DNA of 64,000 nt, from assembly GCA_038087875.1 (NCBI GenBank), contig CM075990.1:1428001-1492000 (forward strand), given 5' to 3'. The notes below the pieces were generated by a model, which was not told the DNA's origin, ran no database searches, and saw only the letters and a program-made list of their open reading frames with translations. Both the position numbers and the translations under genes were made by a program. The stretch is from Malacoraja senta. Taxonomy: Eukaryota. Positions within the stretch are counted from its first letter, which is position 1. Each line of letters begins with the position of its first letter. Shown piece after piece: positions 21,380-35,463 of this stretch.

Positions 21380-21960
21380 TATGAGGGGTCCTTGGACGGA
21401 GTCGAGGTGGGGGCGGGTGGGGGCATTGGGACAGGTTTTGCATCTCCTGCTGATGCAGGGGAAAGTAACTGGGAAGGGGGAGGTTTCAGTGTGAAGAAGG
21501 TTGTGAGTTGAGTTGAGTTGAGAAAGAGTGAGTTGAAGAAATGGGTGGAGATGGGACCAGGAAGTTGAGCAGTGAACGGACTCTGCGGAAAGCGGAAAGG
21601 GCTGGAAATGGTTCTTTAGACTGTAAATCGGTGGGGAGGAGGGGACGTGTCCCATACTCGGATGGGTGAGATTTCCTTATCCAAGGAACGTGGGTTTTCC
21701 TGTTCTCTCATAGAGGAGAGCCTCACACCTCAGTGTCCCGTAGTTCTGCTCTTGCTTTCTTTTCGCCCAGTCGCAACAAAGACAGTTCCCCTGATCCTCA
21801 CTTTTCACCCCACCAGACTCCAGCCTACACATTATCCTCCGATATTCCCGTCACCTCCTGAGGGATGCGACCACTAATCACATCTTCTCATCTCCATCCC
21901 TTTCCGCCTTCCCCAGGCACTGCTCCCTCCAGAATTCACTCATCTCTTCCCACCCACCTC
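21380..21960. mobile_element. Degraded Penelope-like element fragments
   Basis: TFPCISRRCKTCP (minus) and VPLILTFHP (plus) resemble the PLE RT-endonuclease linker. Copy at ~41838-42420. Confidence 0.55.
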
Positions 21961-22359
21961 AATGTAGATGGGAAGAACCGGGTGGTCTTACCTTCAGCGC
22001 CCTCGAGGTCGGCTGCGGGATGTGCCCCTCGGGGGAACTATAGCTGAAGAGGGCAGGTGTGGAGAGGGATACCGGATTACAGGACATCCGGAATGGAGGC
22101 GAGGGCTGCAACGGGCCTGTGTCACCAGCTACAGCTGCGACTGTAAAATGGCGCCAAGATGGCACCTCATGCTTATGGACTCAGTGTGGTGTTCTGTGTA
22201 GACAGTACTGACTAGGGTGATTATGCATATGGACAGGGATAGTCTTGCTGAGCTGTATGAAATAATCCGTTCAACCATCCCCTTCCTAGGTACATTCCCA
22301 GCAACCGCAGTAGATGCAACACGTGTCTCTATACCTCCTCTCTTGACACCACCAAGGGC

Positions 22360-24438
22360 CCCTTGGGTAAGAGTGACCATAATATGGTTGAGTTCTTCAT
22401 TAGAATGGAGTGTGACATAATTAATTCAGAAACAAGGGTTCTGAACTAAAGGAAAGGTAACTTTGAGGGTATGAGACGTGAATTGGCCAAGATAGATTGG
22501 CAATTGATTTTTAAAGGGTTGTCGGTGGATATGCAATGGAAGGCATTTAAAGGCTGCATGGATGAACTACAACAATTGCAAAAGAATAAATCAGGGAAGG
22601 TAGTGCATTCGTGGATAACAAGGGAAATCATGGATAGTATAAAAACAAAAGATGAAGAATACAAATTTGCCAGAAAAAGCATCCTACCAGTGGACTGGGA
22701 GAAATTCAGAGTCCAGCAGAGGAGGACAAAGGATTTAATAGGAAAGGGAAAATAGATTATGAGTGAAAACTGGCAGGGAACATAAAAAACTGACTGCAAA
22801 CGTTTTTATAGATATGTAAAGAGAAAAAGATTAGTTAAAACAAATGTCGGTCCCTTGCAGTCAGAAACAGGTGAAATGATCATGGGGAAGAACGACATGG
22901 TAGACCAATTGAATCACTAAGGAAGACTTAATTAATCTGCCGAAAATAGCAGGGGACCGGGGGTCAAATGAGATGGAGGAACTGAGTGAAACCCCAGGGC
23001 CAGATAGGCTGCATCACAGAGTACTTAAGGAAGTAGCCCCAGAAATAGTGGATGCATTAGTGATAATTTTTCAAAACTCTTTAGATTCTGGACTAGTTCC
23101 TGAGGATTGGAGGGTAGCTAATGTAACCCCACTTGGGGAAACTGCTAGAGTCAGTTATTAGAGATGGGGTAGCAGCACATTTGGAAAATGGTGAAATCAT
23201 TGGACAAAGTCAGCATGGATTTATGAAAGGTAAATCATGTCTGACGAATCTTATAGAATTTTTAGAGGATGTAACTAGTAGTGGATAAGGGAGAACCAGT
23301 GGATTTGTTATATCTGGACTTTCAGATGGCTTTCGACAAGGTCCCACATAACAGATTAATATACCAACTTAAAGCACACGGTATTGGGGGTTCGGTATTG
23401 ATGTGGATAGAGAATTGGCGGGCAGACATGAACCAAAGAGTAGGAGTAAACGGGTCCTTTTCAGAATGGCAGACAGTGACTAGTCGGGTACCGCAAGGCT
23501 CAGTGCTGGGACCCCTGCTATTTACAATATATATTAATGATTTGGACGAGGGAATTGAATGCAACATCTCCAAGTTTGCGGATGACACGAAGCTGGGGGC
23601 AGTGTTAGCTGTGAGGAGGGTGCTAGGAGGCTGCAAGATGACGGATAGGCTGGGTGAGTGGGCAAATGCATGGCAGATGCAGTATAATGTGGATAAATGT
23701 GAGGTTATTCACTTTGGTGGCGAAACTGGAAAGTAGACCATTACCTGAATGGTGGCCGATTAGGAAAAGGGGAGATGCAACGAGACCTGGGTGTCATGGT
23801 ACACCAGTCATTGAAAGTAGGCATGCAGGTGCAGCAGGCAGTGAAGAAAGCGACTGGTATGTTAGCATTCATAGCAAAAGGATTTGAGTATAGGAGCAGG
23901 GAGGTTCTACTGCAGTTGTACAGGGTCTTGGTGAGACCGCACCTGGAGTATTGCGTACAGTTTTGGTCTCCTAATCTGAGGAAGGACATTCTTGCCATAG
24001 AGGGAGTACAGAGAAGGTTCACCAGACTGATTCCTGGGATGTCAGGACTTTCATATGAAGAAAGACTGGATAGACTCGGCTTGTACTCGCTAGAATTCAG
24101 AAATTTGAGGTTTTTTTTATAGAAACTTACAAAATTCTTAAGGGGTTCGACAGGCTAGATGCAGGAAGATTGTTCCCGATATTGGGAAGTCCAGAACAAG
24201 GGGTCACAGTTTCAGGATAAAGGGGAAATTTTTTAGGACTGAGATGAGAAAAACATTTTTTACACAGAGAGTGGTTAATCGCTGGAATTCTCTGGCACAG
24301 AATGTAGTTGAGGCCAGTTCATTGGCTATATTTAAGAGGGAGTTAGATGTGGCCCTTGTGGCCATGATCATATTGAATGGCGGTACAAGCTCGAAGGGCC
24401 GAATGGCCTACTCCTGCACCTATTTTCTATGTTTCTAT
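22360..24438 (+). mobile_element. Degraded CR1 LINE ORF2 with 3' tail
   Basis: [55 protein letters not shown] motifs with frameshifts; TTTCTATG tail. Confidence 0.9.
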
Positions 24439-24509
24439 GACCCCAGGCATAGGCGGAAATTGCTTTTAAAACATGGGAGGGACACATTGCAGCCTGACAT
24501 CAAGGAAAG

Positions 24510-24950
24510 AGGTCGGCAACCTACGGCCCACGGACCGGATCCGGCCCGCAACCCAAAATCATCCGGACCGCAGATGTATTTTTTTTCAATTTGTTTTCGC
24601 GTCCTGGGAACTGCAGTCAGTCCCAGGGCACGCAGGCGACCTGGGCGCTACAGCCAGACCTGCCAGCCGACATGGGCGCTACAGGCATTCCCGAGGCAGG
24701 CGAGCCCCTCTGGGCGCAACAACCATTCCCGGGCAGGCGAGCTGCCCTGGGCGCAACAGCCAGTCCCACGGCACGCAGGCGACCTGGGCGCTAAAGCCAG
24801 ACAAATGCCAAGCGAGCTGACTTGGGCGCTTCAACTAGGCATGCCATTCGACCTACAGCTTGTCGCGGGGCGGGCGAGCCCACCAGGGCGCTACAGCCAT
24901 TCGCGGGGCAAGCGAGCCGACCTGGGACTGGTTGTTGCGCCCAGGGCACA
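24510..24950. repeat. hAT/Charlie-like terminus followed by ~37-bp degenerate minisatellite
   Basis: GGTCGGCAACCTACGGCCC.CGG.CCGGATCCGGCCC, then about eight repeats with core CTGGGCGC(T/A)ACA(G/A)CCA. Copy ~45066-45505. Confidence 0.55.
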
Positions 24951-25127
24951 AAACATGGGGAGGGGGAAGGGTTTGACCCCCCAGCTCTCAAGCAGGTGCC
25001 CCCCGTCCCCCGTCCACCCAATGATTAACTGGAAGATGTGTTTTCTTTATTGTGAAATAAAACGACAAAGGCTGAGAGCGCTGAACTCCGTGACAGGTTG
25101 GTGTTTCAAGTATTGTTTTCAGGAGAT

Positions 25128-25228
25128 CCTCCAGGTGAGACAAAGGTTCACATGTACCTCGTCGAACCAGATTAACTGCATCCGCTGTTCCTAATGTGGG
25201 CTCCTTTACATCGGTGAGACCAAACGTA
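25128..25228 (+). mobile_element. Penelope-like GIY-YIG endonuclease fragment
   Basis: QVRQRFTCTSSNQINCIRCS*CGLLYIGETKR contains a YIGET motif. Confidence 0.7.
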
Positions 25229-28200
25229 GAATCATAGAAAAACATAGAAACATAGAAAAATAGGTGCAGGAACAGGCCATTCGGCCCATCGAGCCAGTAC
25301 CGTCATTCTATCATGACTGATCATCTAAAATCAGTATCCCGTTCCTGCTTTTCCCCCATATCCCTTGATTCCTTTAGCCCAAAGAGCTAAATCTAACTTT
25401 GTCTTGAAAAAATCAAGTGAATTGGCTCCCACTGCCTTCTGTGGCAAAGAATTCCGCAGGTTCACAACTCTCTGGGTGAAAACGTTTTTCCTCATCTCAG
25501 TTCAAAATGGCCTACCCCTTATTCTTAAACTGTGACCCCTGGTTCTGGACTCCCTCAGCATCGGGTAGATTTTTCCTGCATCAACTAGATAAATTAATAA
25601 TGTGCGGAGTCCACTGTTGTGCTTCAATAAATGTCATCGCGACGGACGTTCAGGTGCAAAGTTAGGAATGACTTCGACAAGGAATGGGTAGATGATATAT
25701 CAGAGCTCTTGTAAGGCAACTGGTCCGTCGTCTCACCAGCTCTAGAGCGGTCCTGACCTTCCATCTACCTCATTTGAGACCTTCGAACTATCTTTAATCG
25801 GACTTTACTGGACGTTTAACCATTAAGTTTAACCATTAAGTTATACGTTTAAGTCTGAAGAAGGGTCACGACCCGAAACGTCACCCATTCCTTCTCTCCA
25901 GAGATGCTGCCTGTCCTGCTGAGTTACTGTAGCATTCTGTGTCTCTCTTCGGTTCAAACCAGCATCTGCATTTCCTTCCTTCACGTCACCTTTATTACAA
26001 TCATGTAAAGTCCTTTCTCATACAGTATTCTATTGTATCTCGCTGCACGATGTAATGGTAAATTTATGTTAGCTAAATTAAACTGATATATCATGGCCGT
26101 CCGAAGAGGGGGGGGGGTGCGTTGGGTGCGGTCGCATCCCACCTTTTTTTCACAGAATAAGAAATATTCGCGAGGAAATAAATGGAGCGCAATCAGCGTT
26201 TACCCGTTGGGGGAAGTTGGGGGAAGCCGGTGACGCACTAGGGACGTAACATGACGCTGTCTCTCCGCGCGTGCGCAGTGGGTCCGGGCGGGATCAGGTC
26301 AGATCAATATTCACTCCACACCAATGATACTAGAGCACCCTTTGCTCCACACAATCAGAGATCTCCTCGATGCCTCGTGTCTACTCAGGGTAAGTAGTGA
26401 AATGTTGCGTTGCGGGAGGGGGAGTCTTTTTCATATCCTGGGTGGCAAACTCCGTTTCTCCGTCCGGGGGGGGGGCGCTGCGGTGTCTGCCCATCGCCTG
26501 GCGTCCAGGGAGCGGGTCCGCTGCCGGCGGCCGGCGGAACAATCCGGGGAGACCGTTCTCCCGTTGCCGGGCGGGATCCGGAACGACTGAATCTGAACCT
26601 GTCGGGCCCTCGCCTCCCCCGCCGCCCCCCCCGCTGGGCCCACGCCACCTTTTCCCCGCCCACGCCACCCCACACTACCGCAGGGCCCACGCCTTTCTTC
26701 CGCCCCCCCGCAGCGGACCCGCGCCCCGCGGACACTCGCCCCCCCGCGGACCCTCGCCTATCGCCTCTCGTCCCCCCCCCCGCGCAGCGGTCCCTCGCAT
26801 ATCGCCCCCCCCCGCGGCGCACACTCGCATCTCGCCCCCCCCACCCTCGCATCTCCCCCCCCACCCGCAGCGGCCCCTCGCATCTAGCCCCCCCAGCAGT
26901 GGATCCTCGCATCCTCCCCCAACGCTGCGTGGGAAGGAGGAAGGTGAAAGAGGGGGGAATGTGAGACAGGGAGGGATGGGAGGGGGAGAGAGAGGGGAAG
27001 GAGGGGAGGGGAGAGAGAGAGATGGGGAGGGAAAGAGAGGTGGAGGGCAGAGGGAAACGGGGATTATCTTTAGTGACATTGGAAAATTAAGGTAGGTTTT
27101 AGAGCTATTATATTTTCTCCTCTATATGAATAATATTAAACAATATCAAATAATATCAAACATTTGGAACTCCTTTCTTTTCCTTGATAACAATACTGAA
27201 AAATATGAATTCCATAGTTTGTTACATAAATACACATTTTAATGGGAGCATTATATATAGATGTAACATTTCCATTTCGAGGTCAAGGGGGTGGGGGCAA
27301 ATATGCAAGGGCATATGGAAGGGCATGCAAGAAATTACCATCTACAAGAGGAAGCCCCCGCTCTTTGAACAATCGTCAGCTGAGCCATGACCTGAATGAG
27401 CTTTACTGCAGGTTTGAAAATCAGAAACGTAACTCTGCTAACCCCACCCCAACAAACACAGCCCGACCCGTCTGCAAATGATGGACCCTGCTCCCTCTCC
27501 TTCCCATTCACCACTTCACACCTACGTAAGGCAAGACTCCAGTATGAAAAGAGTGGACCCTTTCCCTCCCCAACCAATACTTCACACCCACTCACAGCCT
27601 GACCTCATTCTACAAAGACTGGGCCCTTCTACACCCACCCCACTCCAATCACCACTTCACACCCAATAACTCATTTTTAACCAGTCCCTGCAAACATGTA
27701 CTGTCCCTGTCTGCTTCAAAGTCTCCACTATTGTCCCTGTACACAAAGAGGCAAGGATTACTTGTCTTAATGACTACAGGCCTGACGCACTGACCTCTGT
27801 AGTCATGAGGACCCTTGAAAAGGCTTGTGCTGGCCAAGCTGAAAAACATCACAATTCCCCTGCTGGACTCTCTGCAGTTCGCATATTGGGCCAATAGATT
27901 TGTGGATGACGCAGTCAATCTGGGCCTGCACTTCATTCTCCAGCACCTAGATCGCCAGGGGACCTATGCGAGGATTTTGTTTGTTGATTTTAGCTCTGCA
28001 TTCAACACCATTTGTGCCAGAGCTACTACGCTCCAAACTTACCGAGTTTAGTGTGTCTGAACCCCTCTGTCGGTCGACCACCAGATTCCTGACAGACAGG
28101 AAGCAGCATGTGAGGCTGGGAAAGCACATCTCGGACCCGCACACGCTCAGCGTAGGAGCACCGCATGGCTGCGTACTCAACCCTCTCCTCTACTCTCGCT

Positions 28201-29957
28201 ACACCAATGACTGCACCTCCACAGACACCTCTGTCAAGCTTCTCAAGTTTGCGGACGACACAACCCTGATTGGACTGATCCAGGATGGGGATCTCTGTAC
28301 TCTTTCCAGTTTGACATCTTTCCTACAACACGGTGCCCAGTACTGAACACAATATTCTAAATGCGGTCTCACCAACATCTTATACAATTGCAACATGACC
28401 TCCCGACTTCTATACTCAATATTCTGACCGATGAAGGTCAAAGTTCCAAAATATTTTTGACCACCTGATGTACCTGCGACTCGACCTTCAAGGAACCATC
28501 AACCATTCCTCTGCTCACCTGGCTAAATGATCCAGATCCTGCTGCAATCTTTCACAACCATCTTCACTATCTGCAAAACCACTCACTTCCGTATCATCAG
28601 CAAACTTGCTAATCTGGCACTGTTCTATGACGTTTCACAGAGTGCTGGAGTAACTCAGCGGGCCAGGCGGAGTATAGAAGTTGGGAGGTCATGTTGCAGT
28701 TGCATAAGAAGTTGGTGAGGCAGTATTCAGAGCGTTGTATTCAGTTCTGGGCACCATGTTATGGGAAAGATGTCATCAAACTGGAAAGGGTACAGTGAAG
28801 ATTTACGAGGATGTTGCCAGGACTAGAGGGCCAGAGCTATAGGGAGAGGTTGAGTAGGCTGGGACTCTATTTCATGGAGCACAAGAGGATGAGGGATGAT
28901 CAAATAGAGGTGTATAAAATCATGATTTGATTAGATATGGTTGAGTAGGTGAATCGAGGAGCAGAGGACATACGTCTAAGGTGAAGGGGAAAAGATTTAA
29001 TAGGAATCTGAGGGGTATATTTTTCACACAAAGAGTGGTAGGTGTATGGAACAAGCTGCCAGAGGAGGTAGTTGAGGCAGGGACTATCGCAACATTTAAG
29101 AAACAGTTAGACAGGTACATGGATAGGACAGGTTTGGAGGGATATGGATCAAACGTGGGCAGATGGGACTAGTGTAGATGGGACATGGTGGGCCGAAGGG
29201 CCTGTTTCAACACTGTATCACTCTATGACTCTATCTATCTTTCCCTGTCAAACCCATTATATTGCCTTCTCCCCATTACCTCTGACACCCGTATCAATCA
29301 AGAATCTATCAAAGGTACACAAAAATGCTGGAGAAACTCAGCGGGTGCAGCAGCATCTATGGAGCGAAGGAAATAGGTAACGTTTCGAGCCGAAACCCTT
29401 CTTCAGACCTTCAACCCTTTGTGTACCTTCGATTTTCCAGCATCTGCAGTTCCTTCTTTAACACACAAATCTATCAATCTCCTCCTGAAAATGTCCATTG
29501 ACTTGGCCTCTACAGCTGTCTGTGGCAATGAATTCCACAGTTCACCACCCTCTGACTTAAGAAATTCCTGCTCATCTCCTTCCTAAAGGAATGTCTTTTA
29601 ATTCTGAGGCTGTGGCCACTGGTCCTAGACTCTCCCACTAGTGGAAACACCTCTCTCCACATCCACTCCATCCACGTTTTTACCAGGCTGGGACAGACTG
29701 CAACAGCTTCACACCATATCCCAAGGCTTGTGTCCTTTAACTGCATCACCCAAGGCAGGAGAGACGTTATAGGAGAGGGCAAGCACCGTCACAAATTAGC
29801 TCATGATGGTTTGGGTAACATTCAGGAATGTCTATGCATGTCACATCATGCATATTACTGAAGAAGGGTCTTGACCCGAAATATAATCTATCGTGTGGGA
29901 AAATGAACCCCACGCTCCCGTCTCCCCCTTCTCTCTCCCCTCTTCTCTATCTCCCCC

Positions 29958-29988
<31 letters not shown>

Positions 29989-32900
29989 ACCCTCTTCTCT
30001 CTCTCCTCTTCTCTCTCTCCTCTTCTCTCTCTCCTCCTCTCTCTCCCTTCTCTCTCCCTTCCCTCTCTCCTCCGTCTCCACCCGCGGGAGCGTCCCACAG
30101 TCACTGACCGCGGTCGGAGGGAGGGGGGGGGGGTGAAATCACCCTGGTGTGGGGGTTGGGGTCCGATGGCGGTGCATCGCGGTCAGTGACTGTGGGACGC
30201 TGCCGCGGGTGGAGACGGAGGAGAGAGAGAGAAGGAAGAGCGGGGTGAGAGAAGGGGGGGGAGAGGAGGGAGAGAGAAAGGAGAGTGGGGGGGAGAGAGG
30301 GGAAGAGAGAGGAGGAGAGAGTAGAGTGGAGAGAGAGAAGAGGGTAGAGAGAAGGGAGAGAGAGAGAGAGAGAGAGGGGGGGGGGAGAGAGAGAAGAGGT
30401 GAGAGAAAAGGGGGAGGGGTGCGTGGGGTTCATTTTCCCACACAAGCCATAGCTGACTGGGCAATCTGAACCCAAGCACCAAGTTGAAAGGGGCCGAATG
30501 TATGCATCGCTCGGGACAGCCCCCACTCTCCCACGGCCAACCTCCGCGGGCTGCGGGTCGGGTGAGCGGAGGTTTGGGACAATGTTCATGTCTTCACAGT
30601 GATGTGATGGACGAGAGGGTCTGGGCCAATCGCTGACAAGTCCCGCCCCCCGCAACGTCAAGTCCGTTATTGGACTTTTCTGTTGAGCGGCAGTCAGTCC
30701 TTTGGGCCTGTGGGCGACGCCGCCATTCGGGTAGTTGGCGTTACGACAGAGCGGCCATTCGGTAAGTTTGCTTTTAGGCGACGCTGCTTTGCGGTTCCTT
30801 GGGTTTAGGCGTCCCGGCCATTCGGTTAGTTTGCATTTAGGCGTCCCATCCCTTCGGTTAGTAGGCGTTTCGTCTTCGGACTCTTTCGGTTTATTGGCGT
30901 TTCGGCCTCGCTTCCATTCCGTTGTTTGGCTTCGACTTCTTTGCTTCGGCTTCTTGTCTGTCGCGCCACGTCCGGGTACCATAATCTATACCTTTTCTCC
31001 AGAGATGCTGCCTGACCCACTGAGTTACTCCAGCACTCTGTGAAACGTCACCTATCCATGTACTCCACAGATGCTGCCTGTCTCACTGAGTTATCCAGCA
31101 CTTTGTGCCTATTTTCCCTTCACCCATCTGCCCAAACCCACCCTCCCTCTCCTTTTCTATGTTCCTTTCCACCCATAAACCTCTCTCTGCCTTTACATTT
31201 CACTCCTCTTTCAAATCTGCTTTACTTATCTACATGCATTTTTCTTCTTAACTTTTTAGTCATAGAATGATGCAGTGTGGAAACAGGCCCTTCAGCCCAA
31301 CTTGACCACACCGACCAACATGTCTCATCTACAATAGTGCCACTCACACGCGTTTGGGCCAGATCCATTTAACCTGTCCTATCTGTACGTGTCTAAATGT
31401 CTCTTAAACATTAGGATAGTCCCAGCCTTAACTACCTCCTCTGGCAGCTCGTTCCATACACCCACCATCATAGAAACGTAGAAACATAGCAAATAGGTGC
31501 AGAAGGAGGCCATTCGGTCCTTAGAGCCATTGTGATCATGGCTGATCGTCCCCTATCAATAACCCGTGCCTGCCTTCTCCCCATATCCCTTGACTCTCCA
31601 CTAGCCCCTAGAGCTCTATCTAACTCTCTCTTAAATCCATCCAGTGAATTGGCCTCCACTGCCCTCTGCGGCAGGGAATACCACAAATTTACACAACTCT
31701 CTGGGTGAAAAAGTTTTTTCTCACCTCAGTCTTAAATGACCTCCCCTTTATTCTAAGAAGCATCCTTTGTGTGAAAAAGCCACCTCTCAGATTCCTGTTA
31801 ATTTCTGAAATATTGGTCATAAATTTGGGGCAAAAATGCTCCAAAATAAGGCTCGGAATGCATGCAATACAATACAATACAATACAATACCATTTATTGT
31901 CATTTGAACCTCAAATGAAGTTCAAACGAAATTTGGTTTCTGCAGTCATACAAACAGTAAAAAGAACCAAGACACAACACAATTTACACAAACATCCATC
32001 ACAGCGAATCTCCTCCTCGCTGTGATGGAAGGCAAAGTCTTATCTCTCCCCTGCACTCCTCATTCTCCTCCCGATGTCAGAGTCAGAGCCCCCGGCGGGC
32101 GATGGAAAATAAGTCCCGCGGCCATTAAAGGCGAACCGGGCGATGCAAGGCTGCCCTCCGGGTCTGGATGTTGGAGCCCCCGGTAGCGCCAGCAAGTCCA
32201 GCGGCCATTAAAGTCGCGCCGGGCGATGTTAGACCCATCTCCAGGACATCTTCAACCCCGCAACTCGGGCGGGAGAAGTTGCCGTTGCGGGAGCCGCGAA
32301 ATCCGGTCTCCCACCAGGGACCCGCGAGCTCCCGATGTTACCGTCCACCAGACCTGCGGCTGTAGCCTCCGAATCTCCGGGGTCGGGTCACAGCCGCGCG
32401 TCACCGCAGCTCCTCCACGCTCCGAACTCGGCCAGCTCCACGATGGTGAGTAGTCCGCAGGCTCCGCGATTGGAGCCCCAGGTCGTTCCGGTTGGAGGCC
32501 TCTCCACATTGCTAGGCCCCAACGACAACGGAGACCCGACAGAGAAAGGTCGGGTCCTCCATACAGGGAAGAGATTTTTTAAGTTTCCCCCTCCCCCCCC
32601 CGCCCCCCACATATACACAGTTAAAAACAATATTAAAAAACACAAACAACTACATTTAACTAGACAAAAATAAAAAAAAGACAGACGGACTGCAGTCGAG
32701 CCGCTGCCGTTAGGCGCCGCCACTTCCGGAAGGTGCATCAGAGAGCACATAAAACCCCAGAGCTTCCAGGGCCCTTAAGCGGGCCCTGTACCCCGGCATC
32801 GAGGGACTTCGCGCTCACATTATTTCACATTAAAATTTGTGTAATCCTGTCATGCCACCCCCCTTTTTGAAAAGCTTCGTGCGGGCCTGTATATACATAT

Positions 32901-33565
32901 TGTCTGTGACCAAAGATAGACACAAAATGCTGGAGCAACTCAGCAGGACAGGCCGCATCTATGGAGAGAAGGAATGGGTGACGATTCGGGTCGAGACCCT
33001 TCTTCAGATCTGCAGAACTTTCCAACACTCATTGTTTGTGACCACATTGCGCGGGATAGTGATGGGCTAGAAAGGTGTCACAGGTGACATTCAATGATTG
33101 CGCATACTTTCGACGGAACATATTCGAGGGCCGAAAGACCTCCTCCGATTACTGTGCTTCTGTTCTGTTTTCACAAGTTGTGATCTGGGATTTGAGTGTC
33201 GATCAGACCGATGGGAAAACCTCCTCTGCTCCGCCTCTGTCCCTGAATTTGCAACGTTTACAGGGCGTGTGGTTCAGTGACCTGACCAGTCTTCGTCAGT
33301 CAAGGACTGAGGTGGAAGATGGCGAGAATTCTCTGTTTCTCTTGTCTGGTGAGATCTATATTCCGAATTGACAAAAATGTTCAGCAGCGGGATTACCACA
33401 TCTGATGAACACGGTGCGTTATATAAAAATTGACGCAGAATTAGGTGAACGACTATGCCCGGATTCTTGAGTTGGAAGTGAACTGAGTTTCCTCATCTCC
33501 GTCCAAAATGGCCTCCACTTATTCTTAAACTGTGACCCCTTGTTAAGTACTGCAGTGGTAAAGTA

Positions 33566-33638
33566 GCCGAAATAGCTCAGTTGGGAGAGCGTTAGACTGA
33601 AGATCTAAAGGTCCCTGGTTCAATCCCGGGTTTCGGCA
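33566..33638 (+). tRNA. tRNA-Phe-GAA: tRNA-Phe(GAA), intact
   Basis: 73-nt canonical vertebrate sequence GCCGAAATAGCTCAGTTGGGAGAGC...GGTTCAATCCCGGGTTTCGGCA. Confidence 0.97.
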
Positions 33639-33869
33639 ATGGTATTTATGACTTAAAATTTTAAATCAGCGTTCATAGATGTATGGTTTATTCCAGCGCT
33701 ATTATTCGTGACGCAGCCGTCAGTGCCGCTCAATCAAGGGTTAACGTTAACCTCCGGTGTTCTTTGACTGTCTTTCTGCCTCCATGTGACTTATTAAATT
33801 TCCAGCAGGTACCTCGATTTCCAGTCAAACACCACAGACATGCGATCGGTAAATAAATTGGCCATGTAG

Positions 33870-34910
33870 TAGGTATGTTACAATACTTACCTTCAGCGGC
33901 GCTGCAATTCTGCCACTGGCCGTGTGCGCGATTTTGGCGCCTTTAGGGGGGGGCGGGGTTAAAACGCGGGTTTCTCCTACCTTGTCCTGGTTAATATTTC
34001 GTTGGAGTGCAAGCGTTTGCTGAAAAATCGTTCCGACGGGCGTTTTGTGTATTTATTCTTTTTATTCCATCGACAATTTCAGCGCTGGAGTTATTTTAAA
34101 ATCAGCTTCTGAAACCGTCAACGCCGACAACGGGGACGGATTTCACACACGGGACAGGTAAACGAAAGTAGTTTATTTTAATGTATAAAAGTGCTTCTTA
34201 AGAAGAATTTAATTCACATTTTTAATGCGAAAAGGTAATTCTTTTCCCCGAACTAACGGCAGAATTTTTCATGCCGATACAGAGTTAAATTCACCGCAAA
34301 TCAACGTTCCAATTGATCGTGTTCCAGAAAACCCCATTCGCAAGATGATTTAAATGCCCATTAATTTACAGGTTTTAAACATTAAATTCCTTCCATTTGG
34401 CCTGTAAATCCATGACAATGAGATTTAAAAATTATGTTATATTGTGAATTCTTGTGTGAATGTTATTTGGACACTTAGGCTATTTAAAAATGTTAATCTA
34501 TTCCTAAGAAATTGATAGATATTTAGATCTAGTAATTGAATTTTGTAATTAGCTACAATTAGATAACTAACTAATTATATGCTTTCATATCATGTCATCT
34601 AAGTAAGATTGTTTCATATTTGTTTCAGAATGCTTCAATCTACAATAACTTAACATTTCTTTCAGTTCTCTTAATTATTAAGAAAGTTATGGGCTTTTGA
34701 CTGTCCTCGATCACAGCTTTTGTGTTAAGTCAATGGAAAAGCAATTAGGAACAAGATGCTAATTTCCGAGTATGAAAATGGCCATAACTTTTTTAATACT
34801 GAAGGTATGAAAGTGAATTAGGTGTCAAATTAAACTTCTTTTTATGCTTTATCTGATGGGATAAATTACAGACTTTATTTTTTAAATCTCAAAATTTTGT
34901 AACATTGCTA
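33870..34910. mobile_element. Non-autonomous DNA transposon (1041 bp), 7-bp TSD, un-nested copy
   Basis: TIRs TAGGTATGTTACAA / TTGTAACATTGCTA; TSD CATGTAG at 33863-33869 and 34911-34917. Confidence 0.85.
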
Positions 34911-34913
34911 CAT

Positions 34914-35463
34914 GTAGCTCACCCTTTAGAACGGGGCTGTTTCGTGCATGGTATACGGCGGGATGTAGCTCAGCTACATAAATAGGAGAGGAATGGACGA
35001 TAACATTTGAACGCAGAGTGAGATGTTACGCTAGGGCCGAACGACAGTTTTATTAACGTCTCGCGGGTGTATCTTTTACACCTGCAGACAAAAATTCTTA
35101 CCAGAGGTAGAACCTTGGTGTATTGAGAGGATGATTCTCGTGACATTAGACACTGAAAAGTCAGAGCAATGCCCGGCTAGCTCAGTCGGTAGCTCACCCT
35201 TTAGAACGGGACTGTTTCGTGCATGGTATACGGCGGGATGTAGCTCACCTACATAAATACGAGAGGAATGGACGATAACATTTTAACGCAGAGTGAGATG
35301 TTACGCTAGGGCCGAACGACAGTTTTATTAACGTCTCGCGGGTGTATCTTTTACACCAGCAGACAAAAATTCTTACCAGAGGTAGATCCTTGGTGTATTG
35401 AGAGGATGATTCTCGTGACATTAGACACTGAAAAGTCTGAGCAATGCCCGGCTAGCTCAGTCG
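34914..35463. repeat. 275-bp tandem duplication (unit 2 only)
   Basis: 34914-35188 is repeated at 35189-35463, with GTAG microhomology at the junction. Confidence 0.9.
35171..35192 (+). pseudogene. Truncated 5' fragment of tRNA-Lys
   Basis: GCCCGGCTAGCTCAGTCGGTAG then jumps back into upstream sequence. Confidence 0.85.

Larger units (their letters stand above)
1..26048. repeat. Tandem macro-repeat unit 1 (tRNA Phe-Lys-Asp-iMet cassette; enlarged by Gypsy, MITE and CR1 insertions)
   Basis: Opening sequence GATGTAATGGTAAATT.ATGTTAGCTAAATTAAAC recurs at 26049 and 46643, followed by collinear near-identical sequence. The phase is set arbitrarily by the window start. Confidence 0.95.

Noticed and set aside
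24600..24950. CRISPR-like repeat-spacer array
   Set aside because: Repeats are degenerate and contiguous without unique spacers; no cas genes; eukaryotic context.
24244..25194. 316-aa ORF
   Set aside because: Runs across a CR1 tail, a hAT end, a minisatellite and a Penelope fragment; the frame is not preserved in unit 2.
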